This document shows, piece after piece, positions 1-14,633 of a stretch of DNA of 64,000 nucleotides; position 1 is the stretch's first letter, and every line of letters starts with the position of its first letter. Source of the stretch: the human T2T-CHM13v2.0 reference genome, Homo sapiens. Both the position numbers and the translations under genes were made by a program. The stretch lies in assembly GCF_009914755.1 (NCBI RefSeq), contig NC_060936.1. The stretch is one strand, 5' to 3'. The notes beneath the pieces are model-generated. The model searched no databases. It worked only from the letters and a program-made list of their open reading frames with translations, and was not told the origin of the DNA.

Positions 1-203
1 CTCAGATGGTCATCTTCTTTCATGATGTATGTAGCTTCAGAACAAGCAGTGGGAAAGCAGAAAGAAGTCATGACCCCAGCAGACAGATTAGTTCAATCAT
101 CCTGGTCATCAATGGTAGGGAAAGAAGGAGCAGCCAGACTGCTGCATCATTCCATTTATGCTTATCTTAGAAAAAAGGTACAAAGCTTTAAAACTCTAGG
201 GTC

Positions 204-471
<268 letters not shown>

Positions 472-1635
472 CTAGGGTCAACATTCTAGAAGGCCATGCA
501 ATGACTATGCCATTCTCTATACAAACGTCTAGATCTTCTATAGAAAAGCCCTCTATCCCTGTTAACACATACGTGGGTATCTGCTTTTCAGAATAATACT
601 CCTATTTCCTTCTCTGTTCATGTCCCCTTCTTGTTCTCTCTTTTTCCCAGTGACAGACATTAATATATACCTATAGAATATGTATATGTGTGTATATTTA
701 TTTATATACTATATATATACAAATAGAGAAGACAATTATATAGTATGTATTAGTAACATTACTTTTTAAATATAAAATTACATGTCACCCAAAATCATGC
801 GTAGTAAAAAGAAATCAATGTGGGATAAAAACAATGGATTTAAGTTGTTGTGATTAATGTCTATGTAATCTTGGACAAACCTCATGCTCAGTTTCCTAAA
901 CTGCATAATAGAAATAATAAACATTTCTATTTCAGTCTTTTAATCAGGATCAAGTTTGAAAAATGTTTGTAAGTGTGTGAATTGTAAAGTACTGTGCTAT
1001 TTATTTTTAATTTTCAAGAGGATGTGTAATACCTAAAATTTTACACTAAGAAAACCCCCATATTAATCAAATACTTTTTTGCTTGCTTAAGTTATACTTT
1101 TCAATGGAATAATAACCTTTCCAGAAAACATTTGTTTGGCATTCCAGGAAACCTCACCGAAAGCGCACAATTATCTATGGCTAACTTCCTAATATAAATA
1201 CAATACCCCTCTGAAAAAGCAATATTGAAGGGATTATTGTAAAATAAATTTGGTGTTTCTGTGTATATGTGGACTAGTATAACTGTCTTTATGTATTACG
1301 CTGAATTCAGTGAGGAACAAACAAAGATCTATATTTAGTCTATGACATAGACATTCCTCTATTTAAGAATCTGCGCTTTATCAAATGTGGCTAGGTCTAT
1401 TTAAGGGATTATTGGTTATGTTAAATTTAAGGGAAATAAACAAAACTTTACTGGCTTAGAAAAAAAGTCTACAAATTTCACTACTTTTAGTTACCAAACG
1501 TCATAAACATAAATGTTTTAAAAATTCCTTCTATTGACATCACATGTCTATTTTACTCACTTCAATTTAGACTTTGATATTTCCGTTTATAATTTTCTCA
1601 CAAAGTATATTGATACTTTATTGGTGAACATTTCT

Positions 1636-1966
<331 letters not shown>

Positions 1967-2169
1967 TGATCCAGTCCCAGAAAGATATATTTGTCTACAT
2001 TTGGAATCTAAGAGATACCTATTAAATTATTTATCTCCAATATGGTAGCATATATCTATGTAAATGTACTGAAGCAATATTTTTAGCACAAGGAAAAGAA
2101 TTTCAACTAAATGTAAAAGGCTAATAAATCAAACTATTTATGTTTGATTTTAATAAATATTTTGCATCT

Positions 2170-2330
2170 TGTATTGAGGTGAAACTGATATAACATAAAA
2201 TTAACCATCATTAAACGAACAGTTCAATGGCATTTAGTATATTCACGATGACGTACAACCATCACCTCTATCTAGTTCCAAAACCTGTTCACCCCAGAAG
2301 GAAACCTTGTACTCATTAAGCAGTTGTTCC
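2170..2330 (-). mobile_element. Old L1M (L1MB-like) 3' end fragment
   Basis: Resembles L1M 3' UTR reverse complement (cataaaattaaccat...ggcatttagtatattcac...caaccatcacctctatctagttcc). Confidence 0.7.
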
Positions 2331-3165
2331 CCTTACATTTGGCTTTATAGTTCCAAATGCAATTCCTGAGATAGGCTGTTCATTATAGATTCAGATTGCC
2401 AGTTACATAAGTTAATTATTTGAGTCAATATTTCACATCTTATTAATGTACAGCAGATGCTTTCTCAATATCAGCTCTGCACCATTACCTACCTACTCCA
2501 GCTTGGTGAATTATAGATAACTCGCTATTAAGATATTTCACAGGCAGAAGGAAAAGGTTTTTAAAGCATCATTTTCATGTTTGTGTCTAAAGTGAAATTC
2601 TTTAAGCCTGAAAGCTAATTTCTAAAAATAAATAACATAAATTAAGTTTATACTTTAGAAATAGCTAACAGACAATATACTGTGACTACATTCATTAACA
2701 CATAAAAATGTGAAACCACAGTTCTTTTTCTGACTTTTTTAAATACAAGAGCTTTTACAAAACTGTATTTAAATACTTTAGCTACATAGTAAAAAAAAAT
2801 TAAGAAAATTATTTAAAACATTTAACCCCAAAGAATTCTATAATTAATATTAGACAAAATGATAGAAGAGAATTTTATTCTAAATACACATGCAACTAAT
2901 TGAATATAATTTCTGGTTATCTAAAATACACGAGAAAAAAACTGAAAACAAATTATTGTTCAGAATTTCATTAAGTTTTTTTTTTTTAAGTAATACATTT
3001 TTGAGTGCTTAAGAACATATGTATAGGGAGCGCTAAGCTCAGTATGAAATGAAATTGCATGCTTGCTAAAGGGACTCCTGTTTTCCAAGAATTCACATCA
3101 ACTACAGACTTCCATGAAATTGCACATAAGCCACATACTGGCTGTTGTTTACGAGAAATGTTTAC

Positions 3166-3258
3166 CAAGGTAACTGTCATCTGGTTGTCCAGAATAGCTG
3201 TACTGACGAATGTCAACGTTTGTTGCTCCTGCGGGAATCTTTACAACAACATTATAAC
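3166..3258 (-). CDS. ADAMTS20: ADAMTS20 exon (probably 16), spacer domain
   Basis: 93 nt; (G)[30 protein letters not shown]; cag acceptor, G|gtaaac donor; phase 1/1. Confidence 0.95.
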
Positions 3259-4506
3259 CTGCAATATAATTTTACATATGTTAAATTTCACAAAAAGCAG
3301 ATGGCCCAGAGGTTATTACTGCTGAATGGATGAAAAATTCGAATAGCATAGTCAGACTTAATTTTGTTGTGTCTTTACAAAATTACACAGTGGTTATTCT
3401 TTTTGAGTCAGTACCTTACACAAATTACTGAGGATTGAGAAAAAGTGGTTGTTGTCAAGAAACAGAGTTTAAGATTCTTAACTTTTCCTAATCTTTTCCT
3501 ACTTCTAATATTCTTAATATAGAATGGAATGAAGCTAGTATTTTAGCTCCTGAGACCCTTAGTACACATACCCATTTTTAAGCTTTGTTAATGCTTTTAT
3601 ATTTTATACTGGGAAAAAAATAGAAGATTTCAAATACAATTCACAAGTCCAGGAGATATTAAAATAATTGGTCATTGCTATGATATATTCACACAGACTC
3701 AGTAAACAGCAAAATAATGAAATTTTTCAATTTCATTATTGAAAAATCATAAAAAAAGAAAAAGTTTAAAGCTCAAGTTTTAGTTTGTAGTATAAGCAGG
3801 AATCTCTTCATCTATTCCCCAAATTTTACATTATTTTTACAAGAATACTAATAAACTTGTTATGAGAAAAGTAAAAAGTTTACTCAAGTGAAATGAATGT
3901 AATATTTCCATTTTATGAAGCCAAATTCAGCGACATTGGCACTGCTCAAAAGAGGAAACATTTTATCTAACATATATTAAGAAAAAACATTTTCATGAAA
4001 ACTAAAAACACTCACATTACATAGTTGTCCAAATACGCAGGTTTTTAAATATACAATTAGTTATACTCTAAGGATATTATTCTAAGTTTTTCCTTTTCCT
4101 TATTTATTAGGATTTCCTCCTAGTTAACTGCACCATGAGTAAAAAGTAATTTTTCTCATACACTACCTTTGATAAATATGGAATTAACTTAAGAAGACAG
4201 TTCAAAAAGAGCTTAAATTTACAACCCTAATGTCAGACTATCTTGCATGTGTTTTAGAGCAGACTTATTTATATCTAAGGCATCACATTTTTAGTGTAAG
4301 ACGATAAGAAATAGTTTCATGATTCGGTATACACTATATGCCTACTGGTTGTAGGTTATTGACCTACAAGAATAATTTTAATTAACCTCCTTTTCACTAT
4401 AAAATATTCTTACCCACTACTTTTACTATTTATATCTTTACTATTTATTATATTTTTTTCAAGAAAGCAAGCCTAAGGCATTGCAAAGGTGACAAGATGA
4501 AGGCTA

Positions 4507-4520
4507 CCACCAGGGGGCAG
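4507..4520 (+). promoter_or_regulatory. Candidate CTCF site
   Basis: CCACCAGGGGGCAG matches the CTCF core consensus, in apparently non-repeat DNA; binding not shown. Confidence 0.55.
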
Positions 4521-4937
4521 AAATGTGACAAATGCTAATCAGACCTTGCAAATGAGTTTAACGCATTGTTCTATTTGCAAACTGATTAATGCACAGTACA
4601 ATTTTCACAAGATTACATATTTGATCTTAATTTGGTTCATGTGGCTTTATCCTGGAAAAAATATTTTTCAGTAAATACAGACTGTAATAAGTATGTGCCA
4701 TGCATTATAGAAGGGAATCAAATGTGTGTAGCTCCCAAGAAATAACTAGAAAAATCATATATCAAATCATCTAGTAACCGAGATTTGTAAATATCAGAGT
4801 ATAAAATGTACTATGTTTTTCACATACATAAAAACATAAATATTAAGTTTTAAATTATACTGTTTTAATGGAAGTAAGTAACAATTTGAACACACATGAA
4901 CACAATTTAAAGCTGAACAGTCAGACTGTAAAAAATA

Positions 4938-5048
4938 GGCTAGGTGTGGTGGTTCATGCTTGTAATTTCAGGACTTTGGGAGGCTGAGATGGAAGGATCC
5001 CTTGAGGCTAGGAGTTTGAGACCAACCTAGCAATACATTGAGACCCAT

Positions 5049-5079
<31 letters not shown>

Positions 5080-5252
5080 AATTAGATGGGCATGGTGGTA
5101 AACACCTGTAGTTCTAGGTACTGGGGATGAGGAGGTGGAAAGATTGCTGGAGCTCAAGAGTTCACAGCTGCAATGAGCTATGATTGTGCCACTGTACTAC
5201 AGCCTGGGCAACAGAGTAGCACCCTGTCTCTAAATAAATAAATGAATAAATA
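4938..5252 (+). mobile_element. AluJ with (CA)n linker
   Basis: Diverged dimeric Alu; middle A-rich linker replaced by ~13 CA units; (TAAA)n tail. Confidence 0.88.
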
Positions 5253-5973
5253 AGGTTGTAAGAAATAAATTTAATTTGCAAAGAAAGTTTTAAAGATCTG
5301 CTTTAATTATCATAAAAACAAAAAAAAATTGCCCAGAAAACATTACAATGGAAAATACTTTACATAGTCTCATGATATTTTGGAGAAAAATTAAATTATG
5401 GCCAATATGTGATCCAGATACTGCCTGGAAAATCAAATGTGACAATAATTCTGAAACATTTAATTCAGAAAATATATAAGATAATGGTTTCACCCTTCAC
5501 CTTCAATCAACATTTTCTATGTACTATTAATAAGAAATGTAACAGATAGGTCAAGTCATACCAAAAAAAGAAAGTGATTCAAGTAATGAAAATATTTGAA
5601 AGCAAGTTTCCTGGGAAAAATCACAAATATATACATTTTAGGTTATAGGGAAAAAACCATTTCATTAATGGGAGGATTATTCACATATCACACATCACAG
5701 TCAAATAGCACTGAATTTACTCTAAGAAATGCACCTAATACATTTTTAAGAATCAGATTTGCCTGGGGCAGGTGAATTCATTAATCAAGGATACATCTGA
5801 TCTAATACAGTATTTAATTTTTTTATATTTAGGAAATTTTTCCTTAACAATCATTTTGGACTAAGGGTATAGAGTAGACAAAACAGTAACAAAGAATTAC
5901 TGTTACACCTTCTTTACAGACTCCATTATTATACTAAATAAAAGCGAAATCTAGAAACAAATACACAACTTAC

Positions 5974-6091
5974 CATAATGAGAACTGTTGAAGACACCTG
6001 TTATTGTCTTGCATGAAGAGTTGTCCCCACCACACACTCCACATTTGTCTATCTTGGCACTGGAGTTTAACACGTGATCACAACCAGCTGC
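5974..6091 (-). CDS. ADAMTS20: ADAMTS20 exon (probably 15), Cys-rich/spacer junction
   Basis: 118 nt; [39 protein letters not shown](G); G|gtaagt donor; phase 0/1. Confidence 0.95.
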
Positions 6092-6136
6092 CTTCAAGAC
6101 ACAATTACAATCAATATTATAAGAATGACTAATTAT

Positions 6137-9031
6137 GAAGAAAAGAGAGAAGATCCAAATACATACAATCAGATATGACAAAGGGGATTTACCACTGACC
6201 CCACAGAAATATAGATAACTCTCAGAGGCTACTATGAACACCTCTATGCACATGAACTAGAAAACCTAGAAGAAATGGATAAACTCCTGGACACAAACAC
6301 CCTCCCAAGACTGAAGGTGGAAGAAAGAGAATCCCTGGACAGACCAATAATGAGCTCTGAAATGGAATCAGTAATAAGTAGGCTACCATCCAAAAAAAGC
6401 CCAGGATCACACGATTCCCAGCTGAATTCTACTAGATGTACAAATAAGAGCTGGTACCATTCCTACTAAAACTATTTAAAAAATTGAGGAGGAGGGACTC
6501 CTCCCTAACTCCTTCTATGAGGTCAGCATCATCCTGATACCAAAACCTGGCAGAGACACGACAAAAAAAAAAAGAAAATTTTAGGCCAATATCCTTGATG
6601 AATACTGATACAAAAATCCTCAACAAAATACTTGCAAACCAAATCCAGCAGCAAATCAAAAAGCTTATCCACCGCAATCAAGTAGACTTCATCCCCGGGG
6701 TGCAAATTTGGTTCAACATATGCAAATCAACAAATGCAATTCATCACATAAACAGAACAAAATACAAAAATCACATGATTATCTCAACAGATGCAGAAAA
6801 TGCTTTCAATAAAATTCAACACTCCTTCATGTTAAGAGCTCTTCATAAACTAGGCATTGAAGGAACATACCTCAAAATAATCAGAGCGATCTATGACAAA
6901 CCCACAACAGCTATTATACTGAATGGGGAAAAGCAGGAAGAATTTCCCTTGAAAACTGGCAGAAGACAAGGATGCCCTCTCACCACTCCTATTTAACATA
7001 GTACTGAAAGTCCTGGCCAGAACAATCAGGAAAAAGAAAAAAAGAAAGGGCATCCAAATAGAAAAAGAGGAAGTCAAACAATCCCTGCTGGCTGATGACA
7101 TGATTATATATCTAGAAAACTCCATAGTCTCGGCCCAAAAGCTCCTTAACCTGACAAACAACTTCAGCAAATTTGCAAGATACAAAATCAATGTACAAAA
7201 CTTACTACCATTCCTACACACCAATATTAACAAACTTGAGACCCAAATAAGGAACACAATCCCCTTCACAATGGCCACCAAACGAATAAGATACCTAGGA
7301 ATACAGCTAACCAGGGAGGTGAAAGATCTCTACAATGAGAATTATAAAACACTGCTCAAAGCAATAGAGATGACACAAACAAATGAAAAATACTCTATGC
7401 TTATGGATAGGAAGAATCAATATCATTAAAATGGCCATATTTCCCAAAGCAATGTACACATCCAATGCCATTTCTATAAAACTACCATTAATATTCTTTA
7501 TAGAACTAGAGAAAACTATTTTAAAATTCACATGGAACCAAAAAAAAGAGCCTGAATAGCCAAAGCAATCCTAACCAAAAAGAACAAAGCTGAAGGTGTC
7601 ATGCTACCCAACTTCAAACTATACTACAGGGCTACAGTAACCAAAACAGCATGGAACTGGTACAAAAACAGACACACAGACCAATGGAACAGAATAGAAA
7701 GACCAGAAATAAGTCCATACAGCTACAACCATCTGATCTTCAACAAAGCTGATCAAAACAAGCAATGGAAAAAGGACTCCCTATTCAATAAATGGTGCTG
7801 GGATAAATGGCTAACCATATGCAGAAGACTGAAACCGGAACCCTTCCTTACATCTTATAAAAAAATCAACTCATGATGGATTAAAGACTTCAATGTAAAA
7901 CCCCAAACTATAAAAACCCTGGAAGACAACCTAGGCCATACCATTCTGGACACAAGAACTGGCAAAGATTTCATGATGAAGACACCGAAAGCAATTGCAA
8001 CAGCAAAAACTGGAAAATGAGATCTAGCTAAATTTAAGAGCTTCTGAACAGCAAAAGAAATTATCAACAGAGTAAATAGACAATCTACAGAATGGGGGAA
8101 AATATCTGCAAACTATACATCTGACAAAGGTCTATTATCCAGCATCTATAAGGAACTTAAATAAATTTACAAGAAAAAAAAACAATCCCATTAAAAAGTG
8201 AGCAAAGAACATGAACAAACACCTTTTAAGAGAAGACATACATGCAGCCAACAAGCCTACAAAAAAAGCGCAATATCACTGATCATTAGAGAAATGCAAA
8301 TCAAAACCAAAATAAGATAGCATCTCACACCAGTCAGAATGACTATTATTAAAAAGTCAAAAAATAAAAGATGCTGGAAAGGTTGCAGAAAAGAGAACGG
8401 TTATACACCGTTGGTGGGAGTGTAAATTGGTTCAACCACTGTGGAAAGCAGTGTGGCGATTCCCTAAAGAGCTAAAAACTGAACTACCATTCAACTCAGC
8501 AATCCCATTACTGGATATATACCCAAAGGTATATAAGTTGTTCTACCATAAAGACACATGCAGGTGTATGTTCATTGCAGCACTATTTACAATAGCAAAG
8601 ACATGAAATGAACCTAAGTGTCCATTAATGGTAGACTGGATAAAGAAAATGTGATACATATACACAAAGGAATACTATGCAGCCATAGAAAAGAATAAAA
8701 TGACGTCTTTTACAGGAACATGGATGGAGCTGGAGGTCATCATCCTTAGCAAACCAACACAGGAACAGAAAGCCAAATATTACACGTTCTCACTTGTAAG
8801 TGTGAGCTAAATGATGAGAACATATGGGCACAAAGAGGGGAACAACACACACTGGGGCCTGCTGAGGGTGGAGGGTGGGAGGCGCGAGAGGATCAGAAAA
8901 AGTAACTATTGGATACTAGGCTTAGTATCTGGATGATGAAATAATCTGTACAACAAAACCCTGTTACACGAGTTTACCTGTATAAAAAACTTGCATATAT
9001 ACCCCTGAACCTAAAATAAAAGTTAAAAAAA
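6137..9031 (+). mobile_element. 5'-truncated older primate L1 (L1PA13-16/L1PB-like)
   Basis: Broken ORF2 RT homology (ORFs 6595-6996, 7100-7429, 7601-7876), 3'UTR, A-tail; TSD aagaatgac(t/c)aa(t/c)tat at 6121-6136 and 9032-9047. Confidence 0.93.
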
Positions 9032-10094
9032 AAGAATGACCAACTATAAGCATGGTGCTTTAAAGTTTACAAAGTTCTTTTCACAAATATCCTTTCAATT
9101 AACAGGAGATTCAGTACAACAGAATTGTTTCAAAATATATACTCATCTAGTTGTATGTAACATTTTCACATATTCATTTAAAAAGCCAAGTTTATTAAAG
9201 GGTCATCCACAGACCTCCTGCATCAACATCACATGGGGTGGTATTTAAAAAGACAGTATCCCAGATCTTCTGAATTATAATACTTGGAAATAAAACCTAG
9301 GAATCTGCATTGTAACACTGACATTGATTCCAATACCCACTGTCATTTGAAAACCACTCTTAAAAGAAATGTAATTCAAAGAGACTAAAGTATGAGTATG
9401 TAAGTAACACATTAGAATACTCCAAAAAGATGACTTCCATGGTTATTATTTTAACTCATGACCTTAGAACTCTGCAAATAGTCTTAGCTTCAAATAAGTA
9501 TTTAAAAGTAACGTTTTCTCTAAAACTAATACCCAGCATAACAGTGCTTATTTTTAAAAATGAATGAATAAATGAATGAATATACAAGTAGATGGCTTGT
9601 TCCAGAAATTTCAAAAAAACAAATGCAGCTCCTCTCCATGAAGAAGCTGTCCTCTGCATACATTGCAATAACTCTTTCCATTGTTTGGAATGGCCTTCTA
9701 AATTTAGTGATCAGCAAAGAAAATTTCTTAAGCCTAGTGAATTTTTTTATACACAAGGCAGATATTTTCAAAATCAAAATGTTAAGCATATATTTTCTGA
9801 AAGTAGTATGCCTCTATATGTTCAGATAATCTTCATCATAACTTTTGCATTGTCATATGACTTTATGCTGCTAATTTAAAGCACAACTTTTTTCAGGCCA
9901 CTGAATAACCTTTTCAGTATTTAAACTGTTTCCGACTTAAATTATTTTAATTCTCTTTGAACATCTCATTAGCTCTTTGGGTGAACAGCCTTTATCACTG
10001 AGATAAGGTAAAAGGTATTTGTTCATGGGGAGATGAAGTTGGCCCTATAGAGCTCCACTTTAACTGAAGGAATAAGTTCATAACTTATACTTAT

Positions 10095-10625
10095 ATTTTT
10101 AATTATTTTTTATCTTTTATTTTCAAATTGACAGATAACATTGTATGTTTTTATCATGTACAACATAATGTTTTGAAGAATATCAATACATTAAGGAATG
10201 GTTAAATCTAGCTAATTAACAAATGCATAACCTCACATAGTTATCATTTTTGTGGTGACAGCACATAACATCCACTAAAAATAGAACTACCATATGATCC
10301 AGCAACCTCACTACTTCCAAAGGAAATGAATTTAGTATATCAAAGAGATATCTACACTCCCATGTTTATCACAGCTCTATTCACAATAGCCAAAATATGA
10401 AATCAAACTAAGTGTCCATCAGTGGATGCATGGATTTAAACAATCTGGTTTATATACAAAATGGTATATTATTCAGCCATAAAGAAGAGGAAACCTTGCC
10501 ATTTGTGACAACATGGATGAACCTGGAGGACACTGGGTTAAATGAAATAAGCCAGACACCAAAAATCAAATACTATATGATCCCATTCATATGTGGAATC
10601 TAAAAAAGTTGATCTCATAGAAGTA
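10095..10625. mobile_element. L1MA fragment with internal inversion
   Basis: 3' terminus on the minus strand (~10095-10277) abuts an ORF2-end/3'UTR piece on the plus strand (~10278-10625). Confidence 0.7.
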
Positions 10626-11084
10626 CACTTACTATATTCTTTAGACCACATTCACTATCTTAGTTCTCAAACTCGCCATCCATTCTCAAGACTGCCATTG
10701 CAATGTTTGTGCTTTAACTCAGCATCTCATCTGCTCTGACCTACAACCCTGTTAAATGGACCACCTGCCTCCAATCTTCTAAACCCAGTATTTTGAAGAT
10801 TCCAATATGCAAATCGAATCACATCTCTCCCTTGACTTCAAATGCTTCTATGTGTTTCCAAGGAGTTAAGAAAAAAAAAAGTGCATTTGACAACCATCTG
10901 CTAGTCCCTAACTCCAACTCTGCTCCCATACTTCCTCATCTTCCTAAAACCTACTCATTTCAATACTTAGCACAAGTCTTATGCGCTCCATAAAAGGTTC
11001 TCTGAATCCTTTACCCACCTCCCCATAAAATAAGAAACTCCTTTCAATATCTCCATGCTACCTTGCAGATGACCCATAGCAGTG

Positions 11085-11225
11085 CATTCTAATTGTTTAC
11101 ATGCCTATTTCCCCCACAAATCTGTGACCATCTTGGAAGTGGGGTTCTCTGCTCCAGTCTTTTATCCTGGTGACTTGAACAGTATCTGACATCTAGTAGC
11201 TACTCAATCAATGTTTGTTGAATGT
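11085..11225 (+). mobile_element. L2 3' end fragment
   Basis: Ends in ctcaatcaatgtttgttgaatg, the typical L2 terminus. Confidence 0.6.
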
Positions 11226-11653
11226 ACATAAAAAATAAGTGACAGAGAGCTGGAAAGAGGAAGGGAGAATATCAATGGTTTCAACGGACAAGGAAAACAT
11301 TACTGTAGAAGCTTACACTTAAAGTAGCAAAATCTCCTTACAATCCTTTTATCTTATTATTTTCTATCTTTTTAGGAAGCTGACCTCATTCCTATTTTGA
11401 TTATGAGTACAATAGACCACAGAAAGTCATCAAATTTATCTTAATGCTTTGTTGAGGCATTCTTGATGACAGAGAATTCCCAGTAACCAGGCTAACCATA
11501 CTTCTATAGATAGCATGATAACAAAGGTTGCTTTGTTGGAATGCATAAGAACATATGCTGAAATAGTAAAAGTAATATTTGGTTATATAAATCGAAAAAA
11601 AACATTATTCTTAAAGTCACTTTAAATCTAATAGAAACTTATAGTTTACTTAC

Positions 11654-11790
11654 CATACACTGGCCTTGAACACAGATGTCATGAGTTTCAGTTCCACAAG
11701 GAGTACCATCTTCAACCATATCCTTCAATAGGTAGAAATAATTGGTTCCAGCAACCTGACAATAGAGTTTACAACGATCCTTTGTGCCAA
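11654..11790 (-). CDS. ADAMTS20: ADAMTS20 exon (probably 14), Cys-rich domain
   Basis: 137 nt after a 103-nt intron; (I)[45 protein letters not shown]; phase 1/0. Confidence 0.96.
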
Positions 11791-11893
11791 CTGTAAAAAA
11801 GAAAAAGGTCAAATTTTTAATGTATAATAATAAAGCTATGTGTTCTTATGTCTCAGAAAAATTTACATCAAAGAACCAGCATAATTTACTTAC

Positions 11894-12075
11894 TGCCACT
11901 GTATCTTGGAAGCCACCTCACATTAGAGGGAATGCCACTGATGTCCAAATGTTTACCATTAAAATCAGAGCACTGCTTCTCTCGAAAGTCTTGTGTGCCT
12001 TTTGGACATGAATCAGTATTACATGATCGAAATTTCATCCTGCGGCCCACACAGTAATTTCCTCCGTTTCTTGGC
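11894..12075 (-). CDS. ADAMTS20: ADAMTS20 exon (probably 13), end of TSP1 and start of Cys-rich domain
   Basis: 182 nt; [60 protein letters not shown]; phase 2/1. Confidence 0.96.
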
Positions 12076-13286
12076 CTAGTCAAATTCATTACATTTTAAA
12101 GCACATCAGTACAACATTATTTGTGCCACTTACTTCTAAAAGTTCCATTCTTTTCCAGGATCTAGAAAACCAGTGAAGTCCCACTAACACTTTTTAACAG
12201 AAGTATGTAACATGAGTTTTACGCAATTCTATGCATAATGAACCACAAAAATATCCACCTTAACGTGGACAGTGAGCCTAGAGGGCAGAAACGATACCTT
12301 ATTCTTGACTAGGTTAACTAGCAAGAAACCAACAATGGAAGTTTTTTCTTAAACTTCCAAAAAAGGGTTTGCTCACTTTCTGGAAAGAAGAAAAGACATG
12401 TGGTGAGCCAAAGACAATAACAAAGGCAGGTGCCATGTTAAATAAAAAGGAAATGTATACACATCTGTCATGTATATCTTATTTATCACTCAATTCAAGG
12501 AGTTTTATGGTATCAATCTATATCCATGTTATTTTGACTTATGCTGGAAAATAAAATTTTTTGCAGAATTTTTGGAATATAAAGACTTCTAGTATAATTT
12601 ATCCTAAAATTTAAATGAGCCAAGATTTTATTCAGAGTAAGTCACATTTCTGCATTAAAAATGCTTATTAATAATACTTTAAGTAAAGAGTATCATATTG
12701 CTTACCAACTTATATATCATATATACAACAAAAACATTAATTTAAAATCTTAATGCAATATCTAAGCCCTTTTAAATAGTTTGATGAGGGGGAGATATGC
12801 TTTAGTACTTATTCAGCTAAAGACAATGATGCGTCTATAACACAAGAAGCAGAGAAAATAAAGTATCACATGTCACAATGCACAAAACGGTAAAAAATTG
12901 GTAACCAAACTATATATGTTATCCAGAAGATCCGAAACATAAGTGAAAGTAGCCAGGATGTTTCATTAGGCATACAGTAAATGTGAAAATGACATTATAT
13001 AACTGTGATTCATATTTATATCTCAAAATTTATACTAAATTAAAAAACAAAAAAATGAAGAAAATGGATCTCAGTTCAGATTATAAAATTTAATCTATTT
13101 AGGTTTTTTTTTTTAAATGTCTGAATCTACCAAAATATAAATCAATGTGACTTAAAGTGCTCCAGAAATTTTCTGAATCTCAGAAACTTACGGACTGACC
13201 TCCAGTTTTAGAAGTGAGTGAAACTGATGTTTACTTTCTGGTGCCTTGAGATAATCTTAATTTATAGTGACATAAAAAAGACATAC

Positions 13287-13432
13287 TCAGGACGATTACA
13301 GCGCCTGGTTGCACTTTCGATTCCGCCTCCACATGTTCTTGAACAAGAACTGTAAGGTTCCCATGGTCCCCATTCACCATTTACAGGACGTGTTTCCGTT
13401 TCTTTGTTTACACATAGCCCATGACGGCAATG
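13287..13432 (-). CDS. ADAMTS20: ADAMTS20 exon (probably 12), TSP1 repeat 1
   Basis: 146 nt; HCRHGLCVNKETETRPVNGEWGPWEPYSSCSRTCGGGIESATRRCNRP(E), with the WxxW and CSRTCGGG TSR motifs; phase 0/2. Confidence 0.96.
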
Positions 13433-14633
13433 CTATAAAAATAATAAGCACAAAAAGAAATGATGTGTGTCTCTAATTAGAACATCACAAAAATTATAAT
13501 AGCAGCATAAAGATCAATAGAAGAACAAACTAAACAATTTGAAGCTAGCTGTTATTAATTCAGATTACATTTGAAATGATTTTATGAATATTTCCTACCT
13601 ACTAAGATCTGTGGAATAGAAAAGGAGTGTAATATTTCTTCTGGCTTTAAGATTTAGAGTGTCATTGGGGAGGAAGGAAAAATTAAATAGTAAAATGGAA
13701 TATGGCGGGTATTTTTTGAATAGAAGAAACCAAATACCAGGTTAATATGGTATATTTCCATCCTTCCATTTTTTTACTCAAAGTATCTATACACTCTTCC
13801 ACTCTTATAAAAAGCTTTCTACTTTATTCTATCCGAAGTCTCAAATGACAACCTTGTTCCTTTACTTTCATCAGGAAAATGGAAACTTACAGAAGAATCT
13901 ACCCACAGTCTCTCACCACCTGTTCTACCCATTCAACAGCATCTGCACTCACATTCAGCCTTGCTACCTGTTAGCACACATGGAAAATTCACTATCCCAG
14001 ACAAAGTCAATCCCCCTGCTTGTGTACTTAATCCATCCCTTCTCACTACACCAAACATCACTCCAGCAATTCTCTCATCTCTTCTATATCATCATTTCAG
14101 TGATAGCTAATCAAAGTATGACCATGCACTCATGCCAGTCTATGAATTAGTTTCCAGACTGAGAGACAATAACACAACTTGAGAGTAAGCATTAAGAAAT
14201 TTTTGTAAGATTTTTACAGAGAAATTTTATGTCTAAGTAAATAATTTAAAAATTGGCTTATGTTTATTTTTAATTGTGGCAAAACATGCATAACATAAAA
14301 TTTACCATCTTAGCCATATTTAAGCATATAGTTCAATAGTGTTAGGTATACTCATTGTTGTGCAACCAATCTCCAGAACTTTTCCATCTTGCAAAACTGA
14401 AGCCCTATACCCATTAAATGACAACTCCCATTTTGTCCTCCCTGCTACCTCCTGGTAACCACCATTCTACTTTCTGTTTCTATGAATTTGACTACTCCAG
14501 ATAGTTCATACAATTGGAATCATATAGTACTAGTCTTCATGTGACTGGCTTATTTCACTTAGCATAATATGCCCAAGCTTCATCCATGTGTCAGAATTTT
14601 CTTATTAAAAATGAATAATATTCCATTGTATGT

